DNA of 58,517 nucleotides from contig NW_021833001.1 in the NCBI RefSeq assembly GCF_006345805.1, positions 1-58,517 of the forward strand, in the 5' to 3' direction. The DNA is from Octopus sinensis. Taxonomy: Eukaryota. Both the position numbers and the translations under genes were made by a program. A model generated the notes under the pieces. That model had not been told where the DNA came from. It was given only the letters and a program-made list of their open reading frames with translations, and did no database searches. Each line of letters opens with the position of its first letter. Within the stretch, counting starts at the first letter, position 1. Below, one piece after another: positions 24,248 to 36,974 of this stretch.

Positions 24248-24494
24248 AGGATCTTGTTGGTTTGGTTGCCAGCATTTCAAAAATTAAAGTTTATCGAAAA
24301 TTTTAAAATTTGGCGCATTAATATACTTTTCCAAGCTGACTTGCTGAAGTTTTTTCACTTTTTCCAGAAAAATATTTAAAAAAATTATAGAAGTTTAAAG
24401 TTTGATCATTTTCATCTAGTCAGGAAGCAGGATTTTAAAGCTGTCATAGTGTGTGACTGTACATTTTGTTGTCAACATCCTGAAAATAGTACGT

Positions 24495-25558
24495 GTGTCA
24501 ATATTTATAAATAACACGTGTTTTGTAGTTTGAAGCATTCAATATGCGTTTAATGCTAAAGATGAACTTAAACGATTTATCTAAAAAAAAAAAACCTTCT
24601 GTTGTTAAGTTAAGTTAAGTTAATTTTTTGGTTCAGAAAGCAAAAAGCAAGGCCATGTAGGGGGACATGGAGTTATGTACAGGGGTGTTCATGCAAAGAG
24701 TTCAGGCCGAGTCATTTTCTTTTTGTACCTTATAATTTAACACACTCACTGGTAAATTCCACTTATTTCTTATTTTTATTTTCCTAAAATTTTCGCTGCA
24801 TCTTGCAATAGTCTTGAAAATAAGGCACAAAAAGAAAATGACTCTCCCAAGACACAACAGAATATGCTTCAACACACGAACTCATATAAAGAATCTAGAA
24901 AACCAAATCCAAAAACGAAATATAAGAAAAACGTTATTCAGCTGTTATTTTTAGTACGCCTCACAACCACCTCAATGACAAAAAGAAATGAGTAAACAAG
25001 TAGTCTTAAGCATTCAATATGCATTTAATGCAAATGCGATGAACAACACGTTACATGCGATAAACACATTACAACTTTTCCCCACAAATGGTTTCAATAC
25101 AATTTTAACAGAAAAATTTGGAAGAATTAGATGGCAGTTCTCCGGTAATTTTCTTTCATGTAAATAAATGTTTATGTTAATTTTAAAATTTTCCAGCGAA
25201 ATCTTATAAAATGACAATGTTCTAAAAGATGTGCATGTTTATATGTTATATATGAAAATAAAAGAATGAACAAAATATGCTTGAAAAACAAACATTTGAG
25301 CATGCAATAAGCAACACAGGACAAAATATTTTCAAAATTAAAAACGAAAGTTGGAAATACATTCAATCAATTCTCAAACAAATCACCATTTTCGTAACTC
25401 CTGCGCTACATAAATTCACATGTTTTCATTTGTCTAACTCATTTTTACATTTTGGCGTTTTGCTGGGATGAAAACATATTCTTCGTGGTAATGGCAATTT
25501 GACGTCTATGTTTAGCATATAGGGTGTCCATTTTAGTGGTCATTCCTCTTAATTTGTG

Positions 25559-25596
<38 letters not shown>

Positions 25597-27090
25597 TGTA
25601 TGTGTGTGTAGATATTTGTGTGTGTGTGTGTGTGTTAGGCCATTACTCCAAATTTCGCAGACATAGATAAGTGTCTATTTTATCTATCTACAATAGAATG
25701 GTAAGTGCCACAGCATAATTTATTACTTCGCTTCACAGAGGCCCACGTACTCTCCACTTGTTGAGTGTGGGTACCATCTTTCGGGTTAACACACCCATAC
25801 AAAAGAGAAAGAGTTAACAACACGTCTTTTGTGGTTTTAAGCATTCAATATGCATTTAATGCGATAGCATGAACTTAAAATAGTCATCAAAAAACAAAAT
25901 AGCACATTACAAATTAAATATTTTAAAAAACTAACATTTTGTCGACTAGTTCATTGAACACGAAAGTTAAAAATGCATTCAATCAATTTCTCGCACAAAT
26001 CACAATTTTCATATCTCCTGCGTTACAGAAATTCACATGCTCAATTGTCAACAGATAGGTAAAACAAATGGTTTCAATATATTTTTCGGCGACATCTGCA
26101 AGATCATCAGCGTAGTCTGTCGCTTACAAAACACAATTTCCAGAACTAGATACAGAACGCTCAACCGAAATCGCTCATGTATAAAGTTCTACAAATTATA
26201 CTTGTGTGTATTTTTTCAAATGCCTTCACTTTGGCGTGTTTATATACGTAGATATTAACAAGTGAAACCAATGGTACGTAGGTTATCGTTTTTATTTCGT
26301 TTGTTTCCATTTGTCTTACTCATTTTTACCTTTTGGCGCTTTGCTGGGATTTTTTTCTTGAGAAGATATTCTTCGTGGTAATGGCGATTTGACGTCTATG
26401 TTTAGCATATAGGGTGTCCACTTTAGTGGTCATTACTCTTAATTTTGTATGTAACACAAATTTTAATTTTCGGATTTTAAAATAAGCTAAGCCACTAGTT
26501 TTAATTGATTAACATCAATTCCTACCCTTATTATTTAATTTAAAATAAAAATGTTCTCTAACCGGTAAATTGGCTGCTGAAATTTATTAACTGCAGAGTA
26601 ATTTCCGGCCTCAGCGCGCCAAAGTGAAGGCATTTGAAAAAATACACCCAAATATAATTTGTAGAACTTTATACATAATCGATTTCGGTTGAGCGTTCTG
26701 TATCTAGTTCTGGAAATTGTGTGTTGTGAGCGACAGACTATGCTGATGATCTTGCAGATGTCTGCATGTTTATATACGCAGATATTAACAAGTGAAACCA
26801 ATGGTACGTAGTAATCGTTTTTTATTTCGTATATTTTCATTTGTCGCGATCATTTTTACATTTTGGCATTTTGCTGGAATTTTTTTCTTGAAAACATATT
26901 CTTCGTGTCCGTGGTAATGGCGATTTGACGTCTATGTTTAGCATATAGGATGTCCAATTTGGTGGTCATTCCTCTTAATTTTGTATATATATATATATAT
27001 ATATATGGGTGTGTGTGTGTGTGTGTATGTGTGTGTTAGGTCATTACTCCAAATTTTGCAGACATAGATAAGTGTCTATTTTATCAGATG
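24495..27090. repeat. Local patchwork tandem duplications (three partial units) with an inverted 146-bp cassette
   Basis: The block tattcttcgtg..gtaatggc.atttgacgtctatgtttagcatatagg occurs at about 25480, 26370 and 26900. The block aagcattcaatatgc occurs at about 24530, 25010 and 25840. Confidence 0.85.
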
Positions 27091-27782
27091 TCAATGGTCA
27101 AAGTGTGAAGGAATAAAATTGACTTCCAAATGTGAATATTAGGCGGGGCGGGATGGAGGTGGGTGGGCTTTATCGGTCAGTGTGTCTCTGGTCAAGTAAA
27201 CAGATTGGCGAAACAGATTACCAACAAACAAATCTGTGGCTGGGATAGTCTAGTGGAGCCAGCTGGACAGAATGCGACAACTTATTGACGTCAGGTAGGG
27301 ATGGGAAGGAATGCTATGTATGTGTATATGCATGTGTCTGTATGTATGTATGTGTGTTGTGCGTGTGTGTGTGTATGTGTATGTATGCATGTATACATAT
27401 ATATATTTATATATATATATATATATTATATATATATATGCCTGTAAATCTATATAAATGTGTGTCTTTATAAGTGTATGATTATATGCGCACATACACA
27501 CACACACGACAGTTTGTTATTAGAAAAAGCATATAGTATTTTGCGTTTGGAATGAGTTCTCATTGCTAGCTGGTGATTATCACATACTGATGACGGGTTA
27601 CTACTCAGGAACCCGGATCTGTGTGTATTACACAAGGAACGATAATTTCATTTCGGAAATACTAATCAGACACAGACAGTGTGTAGTTAGCCAGCTGGAG
27701 GAAATTTCCTCCTGAGGCTTAAAACAACAGTAGCATCGTCCTCTATGGGAGTGCCACATTTAGTTGGCAAAAACACTTCAAG

Positions 27783-27833
<51 letters not shown>

Positions 27834-28333
27834 ATATATATATATATATATACTCAAAATAACTATTTTTGAGTAAACATTATCTGGGAGAATTTTTTCT
27901 TAAAGTGTGGAATGGCTAAAAAAAACTTTTTGGTTGCTATTCTAGAAAGTTCAGTATGTGGCAAAGTAATTTATTTTACTAAGCCCTAATTATGTAATGT
28001 AATATTTTGAATACGCCTTAAATGGTCCTTTTACATACTGAACACTACTTGGTGAAATTGATTAATAACTAATTAATTTTACCCTCAATTATTGATATAT
28101 ATATATATATATATATATATTTAGGATCTAGTCTTTTTCAGTCGCAAAATGAACCCCCTTTAACTTTGCTTAGATGGCTTTCAGTTTTGGTGTGTCGATG
28201 CAACTCTGAATTTTGATTACGAGCAACCAATTACTTTATCTCGTAAATTAAAGAATCCGATGTGATTTAGAATTAAAGTTGGGAAATTTGGGTAATTTTA
28301 GCCAGCCAACAGACAGCGTGGCATTAGCAGCTT

Positions 28334-28347
28334 GTTACCATGACAAC
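28334..28347. promoter_or_regulatory. Candidate RFX X-box (GTTACCATGACAAC)
   Basis: Exact match to the GTHNYY-AT-RRNAAC consensus within non-repetitive sequence. No linked gene was identified. Confidence 0.3.
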
Positions 28348-28928
28348 CGTACACTATATTGTGGTTCACTGTCGTCTTTGCTGCTGTTGTCTATCTTGAT
28401 TTTTCATACTTGATTCTTCACACCACGAGATTCTTTTCACCCGCGAGTTTTGTTTTAATTTTTATGTGTGTTAGTATATTATATGTTTTTCTGTGCTTCT
28501 GTGTGTTAGCACTTTTCTGTGCTTTTTCTGTGTTAGTATTTTTACATATTTCTTATTTCATATATTTTTGGGACTCATTGACACAGATAGCTGGATTTAT
28601 GACTTCACTAGGTTAATTCTGTTCATAAAAATTTAAATTAAGAGTATTTCTTAAACCGTTAGCTTCACATTTTAACAGCTTAACTCAAAATTTAACCCAC
28701 GTAACATGAACTGGGAGGGATATTATGGAACAGAGAAACTGTGGATGACACAGATAATTTGACATTATTTTTGAATTATGCATGCAAAAACAAATAAGAT
28801 GCAGGTATTCTTTTCTTTGGGACAAATTCTTTGTTGACCAGTGTTATTCTTATCGTAGTTTACAAATTCAAGCATGGAAACGTTACTCAACTTTGGAGTT
28901 TTGGAGACAGACGGCCCCTTCACACACA

Positions 28929-28975
<47 letters not shown>

Positions 28976-29056
28976 CACACACACAACACACACGCACACA
29001 CACACACCACACACACATGAATGCATAAATGTACATACAAACTTATATATGAGTGC

Positions 29057-29211
29057 GAGAGAAGTTAAATGGAATTCACAAAACTCTTTATTCACTACGA
29101 TCGTTTCACCCCCATTGTCCATCGGAACCCCGCTGAGATGCCAGGTACCAGTGCACGATGGCTCGAAGCAATCGTATTGAATAGATTCGTGAATTCCATT
29201 TTCTTTCTCTC
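29057..29211. repeat. Inverted arms (about 45 bp) overlapping the 3' half of a hammerhead motif
   Basis: gagagaagttaaatggaattcac...ttcactacgat versus atcgtattgaa...gtgaattccattttctttctctc. The minus strand reads GAAAC GATCGT A GTG at 29093-29107. Confidence 0.7.
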
Positions 29212-29468
29212 GTACAATTTTTATAAACTCTGCGGACACAAAGGAATTTCTGAAGCAAATCTATTGACATACACCTCCATACTGTTGGTGATACCAAGTA
29301 GCCGAATTTTGCGAACGAGCTTTAAACGGTGTACTATATATACATATATACATACATGCATACATGCATACATACATACATACATACATACATACATACA
29401 TACATACATGCATGCATGCATGCATACATACATACATACATACATACATACATACATACATACATACA

Positions 29469-29502
<34 letters not shown>

Positions 29503-29534
29503 CACACATATACATATATATTCTTTTTATTCTT

Positions 29535-29915
29535 CTTTCTTTTAATTTGTTTCAGTCATCTGACTGCGGCCATGCTGTCGCACCGCCTTTAGTCAAAGAA
29601 ATCATCCCCAGGACTTATTCTTGGTACGCCTAGCACTTATTCTATCGGTCACTTTTTTCGAACTGCTAAGTGACGGGGACATAAACACACCAGCATCGGT
29701 TGTCAAGCAATATTGGGAGACAAACTCACACACACACACACACACACACACTGACACACAAACAAACACACACATACACATACAAACATACGCACACACA
29801 TGTACGACGAACTTCTTTCAGTCTCCGTCTACCAAATCCGCTCATAAGGCTTTGGTCGACCCGTGGCTATAGTAGAAGACGCGGTGGGACTAAATTCAGA
29901 TCTGTGAGGTTGGGA
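29535..29915 (-). mobile_element. SINE family A with a damaged head
   Basis: Tail tttcagtcatctgactgcggccatgctg, internal (CA)n, body ttcagtctccgtctaccaaatcc. Confidence 0.85.
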
Positions 29916-29918
29916 AAG

Positions 29919-30106
29919 GGCCGGTTTATGGAATTACCCTTGATTTCACATCCATAAAATGCTTAGTTTACGGTGTATCAGCAGATCCCAAAACCTGTTG
30001 GCTTAAGGCCTCTTTTAGCGAGTGGCCTCTTTAGATATTATGATGATACACCGGAAAACTAAGCGCTTTATGGACGTGAAATCCAGGGTAACCCCATAGA
30101 CCGGCC
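29919..30106. mobile_element. MITE-like element with imperfect TIRs of about 62 bp
   Basis: ggccggtttatgg...cggtgtatca versus tgatacaccgg...ccatagaccggcc. No TSD seen. Confidence 0.75.
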
Positions 30107-30275
30107 ATATCTATATACTCTGCTGCTCTATAACATAGAGTGTGCTTCTTCTTCGGATTTATGATTTACCAACGCTATATATATATAAGGTAGATTGATA
30201 GATAGATGTATATGTGCGTATGCATGTTTGTGTGTGTATGTGTGTGTATTTGTGTGTGTGTGTGTGTGTGTGTGT

Positions 30276-31050
30276 CCATCAACAAGGAAATTGATCCATC
30301 GTGTTGTTTCCATCAAAGAAACGCCTCATTAATGAACATTAATTTCTGATACAGCGAACAGACCATCTTAATCATAGCAGAACCATAAGCCAAGCAAACC
30401 AGTTTCGTGGTCTCAGGTTGCACATATCAATATGTTAGCGACATCAGATGGAAAACCGCGCATCAGAGATTAAAAAAAAAGTCTCCGGAAGATGTCCGAC
30501 GCTTATCATTTAGGTAGGTAAGGTATGTGTGTTGTATTCGTTGTAGTTGGGGGCATTAAGAACTAGAGGTGGGTGTAAGAGGAATAATCTCGCTTTGGTA
30601 AAGGAGAGAGTTGTTTATTCTAGTTATGTGTGGCTCTGCTATAATTAGTTGGTCTGTTCGGTGTATCATAATTTGATGTTCATTAATGAGGCGTTTCTTT
30701 GATGGAAATACAATAGATCAGTTTCCTTGTTGATGGATATTGCAGGCGATGGCAGTTCTTTTTGAAGTAGATTTGACAATTACAAGTTCCAGGTGAGTAA
30801 GATAGGTCCAGTCAAGAGAGCTAAATATGGCTTTTGGTGTTATCGTTGTGAGCAGGGATTCGCTGTTATCCGTTTCTCATTACTGTTGTTGCTACTATTC
30901 GCCACGTTCTTGCATCTCTGTCTTATTTGTTGTAGTACAGGGAGGGGCTGTTTCGATATCCTGGTCGGCTCCTGGAACCTAGGATTAGGTGGCCTTTTCC
31001 GGTGTTTCTGGTGGTGGTGTCACAGAGCTGAAGTGTAGATGATTTTTTCA
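30276..31050 (-). mobile_element. Penelope-like GIY-YIG fragment with an adjacent inverted partial copy
   Basis: The minus frame IACNIHQQ..SKKRLINEHQ resembles a GIY-YIG domain. Segment 30276-30388 is an inverted copy of about 30627-30736. Confidence 0.5.
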
Positions 31051-31248
31051 TTTTTTTCTTTCAACTTTTCTCGACAGATATCCCTTAAATGACCTTCATT
31101 GTCACATGTGTAACAGCTGGGCCTTGTCCCCTGAACAACATGTCTCTCAGTACACGCAATAGAACACGACTCCGTACACACAATAGGACATTTTGTTGCC
31201 TTCTGGGTTCGTGAAAACTTTAGTGTCCTAGAGACCCCACTCGATTAT

Positions 31249-31571
31249 TCTGAGACCCCCTTCGGTCACGATACAGACCATGGGATTGCACCTAGAAAGT
31301 TACCCTCCCAGGCACAAGTTCGGGCAAGGTTGTTTATGGAAGACCAGCAGTCTCCCCTCTCCACGCCAACGATGTTATCCAAGGGAAAGACAAAGGCCGA
31401 TACAGCTTGGTACCTGTGACGTCGCGACTCATTTCTACAGCTGAGTGAACTGGAGCAACGTGAAATAAAGTGTCTTGCTCAAGAACACAACACGCGGCTC
31501 GGTCCGCGATTCGAGCTCACAACCTCACGATCGTAAGCTCGACGCTCTAACCACTGAGCCATGCGCCTTCA
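31249..31571 (-). mobile_element. SINE family C head with a different tail (type 2) and 11-bp TSD
   Basis: tRNA-like ggctcagtggttagagcg...agctcgaatc. The TSD cactcgattat occurs at 31238-31248 and 31572-31582. Confidence 0.85.
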
Positions 31572-31989
31572 CACTCGATTATATATATTAACATTCGATT
31601 ATGTATAACACAAATTCAAGTCAGCGTTGAACACTGGCCCATATTATGCAATGAAAATAACCAGTCAGCGGTTCAAAGTTGTTTATGAGCAACTGTATGA
31701 TGTACTGAGCTTGTTTTTACATTCCGTCCTCTAGTTTAAAAGCAACGCACACAGTGACATATAACCTTCCTCGGCCCACGTAGAAGATCTTACTCTTCGT
31801 TTCAGCGACGGCTTCTTCAAATAGTTCTTTTGGATGTCACAAGAAAAGCACTGTGGGTCTGACAATGCGCTTGTTGGGTTTTTTTTTCTGTCTCATGTCT
31901 GTGAAGCGGACTCAAGTAGGACATTGTTTCTGTCATATAAAGCAGTCATGCGACATTTTTCTGTCTAAATTTCGTCTGTTGTAACTTTT

Positions 31990-32465
31990 ACTTGCAAAAA
32001 TGGAAACTTGGAATATTCCATCTTCCACCCAAGTTTCTATCTTTTTCTTTTAACATTCAACATTCACCGAAATCAGGCTGTTCCTACCCGTAACACAATC
32101 TTACTTTGGGTGAATGCACTTCGTACACGAGGTAGATTAATGAATAGGAGACTGCTGAGAGCGCCAAGAACGGTACGGACGCCGGAAAATGTGGAGCGCG
32201 TCAGAAAAGCTTTGATACGGAATCCGAATCGTTCTGCTCGAAGGCATTCCACTGAAATTGGCATCGATGATAGATCGGTAAGACGCATTTTGCATGAAAA
32301 CCTGCATTACCACCCGTACAAATTGGTCACTGGGCAACAGTTGAAACCATGGGACTATGAATAGAGCAATGCTGGAGAGAGTGGAGGCCAACTTCCAAGA
32401 ACGGCTTCAGAAATGCATCAATGAAAACAGACACCAAATGATGGATGTTGGTTTCCACACTTGAT
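31990..32465 (+). mobile_element. Internally deleted Tc1/mariner transposase (HTH-containing rosa/maT-like type)
   Basis: ORF 32008-32364 reads PTRNTILLWV...PRTVRTPENVERVR...RSARRHS...SVRRILHENLHYHPYK, joined directly to the C-terminal ANFQERLQKCI. Confidence 0.8.
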
Positions 32466-32530
32466 TTTAACAAATGCTAATTTAATACGAACGCATGTCA
32501 ATAAAATTTGTTTGCTGCTAAAATTAATGA

Positions 32531-32769
32531 TTTTACTCTTTTACTCTTTTACTATTTTACTTGTTTCAGTCATTTGACTGCGGCCATGCTGGAGCACCGC
32601 CTTTAGTCGAGCAAATCGACCCCGGGTATTATTCTTTGTAAGCCCAGTACTTATTCTATCGGTCTCTTTTGCCGAACCGCTAAGTGACGGGGACGTAAAC
32701 ACACTAGCATCGGTTGTCAAGCAATGTTAGGGGGACAAACACAGACACACAAACATATACACACACACA

Positions 32770-32824
<55 letters not shown>

Positions 32825-32991
32825 CTACGACAGGCTTCTTTCAGTTTCCGTCTACCAAATCCACTCACAAGGCATTGGTCGGCCCGGGGCTATAACAGAA
32901 GACACTTGCCCAAGATGCCACGCAGTGGGACTGAACCCGGAACCATGTGGTTGGTTAGCAAGCTACTTACCACACAGCCACTCCTGCGCCT
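32531..32991 (-). mobile_element. SINE family A, full length and well preserved
   Basis: Near-identical to 6707-7131, with a (GAGTAAAA)n-like tail. Confidence 0.92.
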
Positions 32992-33303
32992 ATTGTGAAT
33001 TTTTCAAAAACATCCGTTCTCAGTTTCCCACCCTGTATATATGGGGGCAACCAGATTTGAACAGTCTCAAGTGTAACTTCCCGAAACTGTAAGGACAATA
33101 TGGAAACTTGACTGAGGAGAGAAGACCACGAATGGCCAGTCCTTTGTTCTTTTTCCTGTCCGCCTTTGTATCGTCTATCTGTCCGGATGTTTCATTCTCG
33201 TCTATTACGTTTTTGTTCCATTTTTTAATATTTATGTATACATATAGCGGCGTACGTACAATGTTCCTCACCTTGTAAGTGAGTAAATATATATATACAT
33301 ACA

Positions 33304-33422
<119 letters not shown>

Positions 33423-33510
33423 ATATATATATATATCTATATATATATATATATATATATATATCTATATATATATATATCTATATATATATATATATAT
33501 ATATGTGTAT

Positions 33511-33547
<37 letters not shown>

Positions 33548-33628
33548 GTATATATATATATAAGAATTTTTTACGTAATAAGATAAAAAAAACCAAGGCT
33601 GTGTAGATATTAGAACATTTATAGATAG

Positions 33629-33680
33629 GTCTTACAGCTGTTTCCAGGATATTTATTAATTATATCCCTTCATCGGAGGC
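33629..33680 (-). ncRNA. Degenerate hammerhead-like motif in a (TA)n-flanked mini-element
   Basis: GCCT CCGATGA A GGGATAT-loop-ATATCCT G GAAAC AGCTGT A AGAC, with palindromic helix III ACAGCTGT. Confidence 0.45.
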
Positions 33681-33762
33681 GGTGTGAGAAGAAAGTTGTC
33701 ATAGTTAGTTTAGATGTGATACAAAATAGAGAATGAGGTGGAGGGAAGAAAATAGATGCAAG

Positions 33763-33798
<36 letters not shown>

Positions 33799-33932
33799 TA
33801 AATTAGAGATAAAACCACTATTAGGCAAATCAAACAATGAAAAACATAAGCCAATACATAAAATAATTAATTTATATTATTTTAAATATATATCAAAAGT
33901 AATAAAAGTTTAATAAAAGATAATGAGTAAAA

Positions 33933-34001
33933 CACTACGATCGTTTCATGGCTGTCCAATTCGTAATAATTCGAGTTATGGTTACAGTCAAACTTCAGGT
34001 A
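33933..34001 (-). ncRNA. Degenerate hammerhead-like motif
   Basis: TAC CTGAAGT TTGACTGT...ACAGCCAT GAAAC GATCGT A GTG, with several substitutions. Confidence 0.35.
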
Positions 34002-34635
34002 ATTGAAATATTTATCTTAGCGAGGTTTAGCATATATATATATATATATATATCATATGACTGGCTTCTGCACAGTTTCCAAATTTCCTTTGGGACTGAA
34101 CTTGAAACTGCACAGCGAGCTTTTTAAGCCACACAGCCATCCCTGTACTTATCGTCATCTTCACTTCACAATGTTTGTGGGAGAGACTTTCTTGTTGGTT
34201 TTGCAAAGCATTCTGCTAGCATCGTTCTGAACTATATTTATTCTTTGCCAGAATTTTGATGTTTTTTCCATTCTGAAGTGCATGTATTCCGCTGCAAATG
34301 ATCGTTAGTTTTCTTCTCACCCTTTCTCTCTCTCTATCTCTCTCTCCCGTCTCTCTTTCCCCTTTCTTTTTCTCTCTTGTTTAAAACACGCTCACCTTCA
34401 TCATGGCTGCGTTGGTGAGCGGTCCGCGTCGCTATTTTATACATGTGTGTAAACAAGATAAGACAAAATAAAACAACAAACCTTCATTTTTTTTTTCGTC
34501 TGGACAGTGTATGGGCAGACATCCAATGATCAATTACGCTGTGTATGAAAACAATATGCCCACCCCATACACGCATGCACATTACATAAATATTTATGTG
34601 TGTACGTTTATATATATATATATATATATATATAG

Positions 34636-34679
<44 letters not shown>

Positions 34680-34768
34680 TATATTATATATGTGTGTGTG
34701 TGGTGTGTGTGTGTGTGTAGTATGTATAAATATCGTATATACATATGCATATATATATACGTATATAC

Positions 34769-34823
<55 letters not shown>

Positions 34824-35031
34824 CATACATATATATATATGCATACATACACAAATACATACACACACACACTCACGCACACACACATACACACATATTC
34901 TATGTAGTTCAAGCCATATCAAAAGTACACCTAAACAGATCAGCAATCATAATAACAACAACCCCACCACCACCACTACCACCACCAACACCACAACAAC
35001 AACAATGATAGCAACAACAATAGTTATAATA

Positions 35032-35124
35032 ATTCAGAGACCTTTAGAGCGGGATGGGTTACTCGACCAGAAGAAAATTCTAACAGGGCCCCACCTGCAA
35101 GGTCATGAGCTGCTCTCTCACTCA
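35032..35124 (+). mobile_element. Family T internal-deletion derivative
   Basis: Joins ...cacctgcaaggtcatg directly to the terminal tgctctctcactca. Confidence 0.75.
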
Positions 35125-35150
35125 GTACTACTTCTACTACTACTACTACT

Positions 35151-35241
<91 letters not shown>

Positions 35242-35271
35242 TAATAATAATAATAATAATAAATAATATGG

Positions 35272-35785
35272 ATTAACTGATTGGAAGTGTTATCATGTAC
35301 ATTGTTTTGTCTTGGTATAAAAGATGGGCTACAGCAAATATTCTGCTCAATACCACAGATTTGCTTGTCAGTTGTTTGACCATAACCAGTTGAGCATGTC
35401 CCTTAGTGGCTGATGATATGTGCATCTCTGATCATGAGCAGAAGTAGTGGAGGAGCATCATAGTTATGTGTTGAGAGGGATTCTTTGGGGTTTGAATAAT
35501 TCACCTCTGGAAACTTGGATGTTTCGTTCAACACCCTTAAACAACCCTTATTCAAGGATCTTTTAAGCGGAATGGGCTACTCGATCTGAAGAAAATTCTA
35601 ACTGGGCCCCACCTTCAAGGTCATGTGCTGTTTATTTTGATATGAGATCACCATGTCGCGCACATATGGTTGTGATGCATGTACTTAGTGTGCCCTTATC
35701 AGACGAGTAGTCATGATGGGTATACTGGGCTTCGTATATTTTACCCCAGTGTCACTTTGATAGCATGCACTGCTCTCTCACTCAA
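35272..35785 (+). mobile_element. Family T repeat
   Basis: Aligns with 19532-20085 and has (TAA)n on both sides. Confidence 0.85.
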
Positions 35786-35795
35786 TAATAAAAAA

Positions 35796-35883
<88 letters not shown>

Positions 35884-35936
35884 TAACAATAATAAATAAT
35901 AACCTAGCTCCGAGCAATGTTTGGATGAGGATACGG

Positions 35937-36058
35937 GACCAACCGACGTTCATCTACCTCCCAGTGAGAATCATGAACATGGTTCCCAACACTCAAAAAT
36001 GCAGTAAGAGCTCTGCAGTCTTGGTTGACAGTCTTGCTAGAGATGGTGGCTAACCTTA
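35937..36058 (+). ncRNA. Possible degenerate HDV-like ribozyme in the R4-like 5' UTR
   Basis: P1 GACCAA/TTGGTT with a G-U first pair, P2 TAAG/CTTA, and J4/2 GCTAA immediately before P2'. P3 and P1.1 are imperfect. Confidence 0.3.
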
Positions 36059-36390
36059 AAACAAAAGCCTCAGTATTGAGTGATAATGTCTAGTACAAAT
36101 GTATCAAATAATGGTATGAATGAGGCTGGAACCAAAGGTGAAAGCCTTTCGCCTAGCAGGTGTCCTGTGATGGAGCAGCGCAGGCCCGGTCGTTATCCAG
36201 AGACTGCTTATACACTAAGTCAGATACAGAGAAGACGGTTGGATAAGGGGAGAACTGAGCTGTAATTGAACGCTGGATCGGGAGTGTACCCAGTAGATGG
36301 GCATTTGGACAACGCATAAAAGCAAAATGGAATGAAGTAGGACACTTCGAGTAAGTGAGCAACGGTTAACCGACCAGGTAAGAACAATAA

Positions 36391-36662
36391 CAAAATATAA
36401 TAAAATGTTCCTTCTAGAGCTGTGCCAGGCTCATAAGGGCCGGTTTCCCAGTTTCAGTGGCGTAGAAATTCCCCACCTGGACGGGACGCCAGTCCGTCGC
36501 AGGATTACTCATTTTTGCCAGCTGAGTGAACTGGAGCAATGTGAAAATGAAGTGTTTTGCTCAAGAACACAATGCATTGCTCGGTACAGGAATCGAAACC
36601 ACAACCTTACAATCATGAGTTCAACACCCTAACAACTAAGCCATGAGCCTTTTTCTTTTTAT
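36391..36662 (-). mobile_element. SINE family C head with tail type 3 and 12-bp TSD
   Basis: The TSD taagaacaataa occurs at 36379-36390 and 36663-36674. Head ggcttagttgttaggg...ggtttcgattcc. Confidence 0.88.
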
Positions 36663-36974
36663 TAAGAACAATAAGAACAAAAGGGTGGTTAACAGACATG
36701 GAGATTGAAGAGATAAAAAGAAAAGTAGGAAACAGTAATAATACTTCACCAGCAGATAACCTGTCTAGCAAGGATGGAAATGAATGGTGTCAGTGAAGAC
36801 GTAGAGCAAAGTATACATGTAAATGCGCTCTCAGCAAAGGAAGCAGAAGTAATGGGGGAAGGTATATCACAAAAATACGACGATGACGTACAAGACATAG
36901 TAAGGATGATGTACCGATATATTCCCCTTTGACCCATGAATAGTCGAGAAGGAAGACGAAAAATTCATTAAATA

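Noticed and set aside
31789-31822. TTGAAGA AGC-cgtc-GCT GAAAC…GT A (minus)
   Set aside because: C3 is changed, helix I does not pair, and there is no family support.
33112-33141. CTGAGGA GAG-aagac-CAC GAA TGGCCAGT C
   Set aside because: It needs a 2-nt insertion plus helix repairs and has no helix I. Too degenerate to call.
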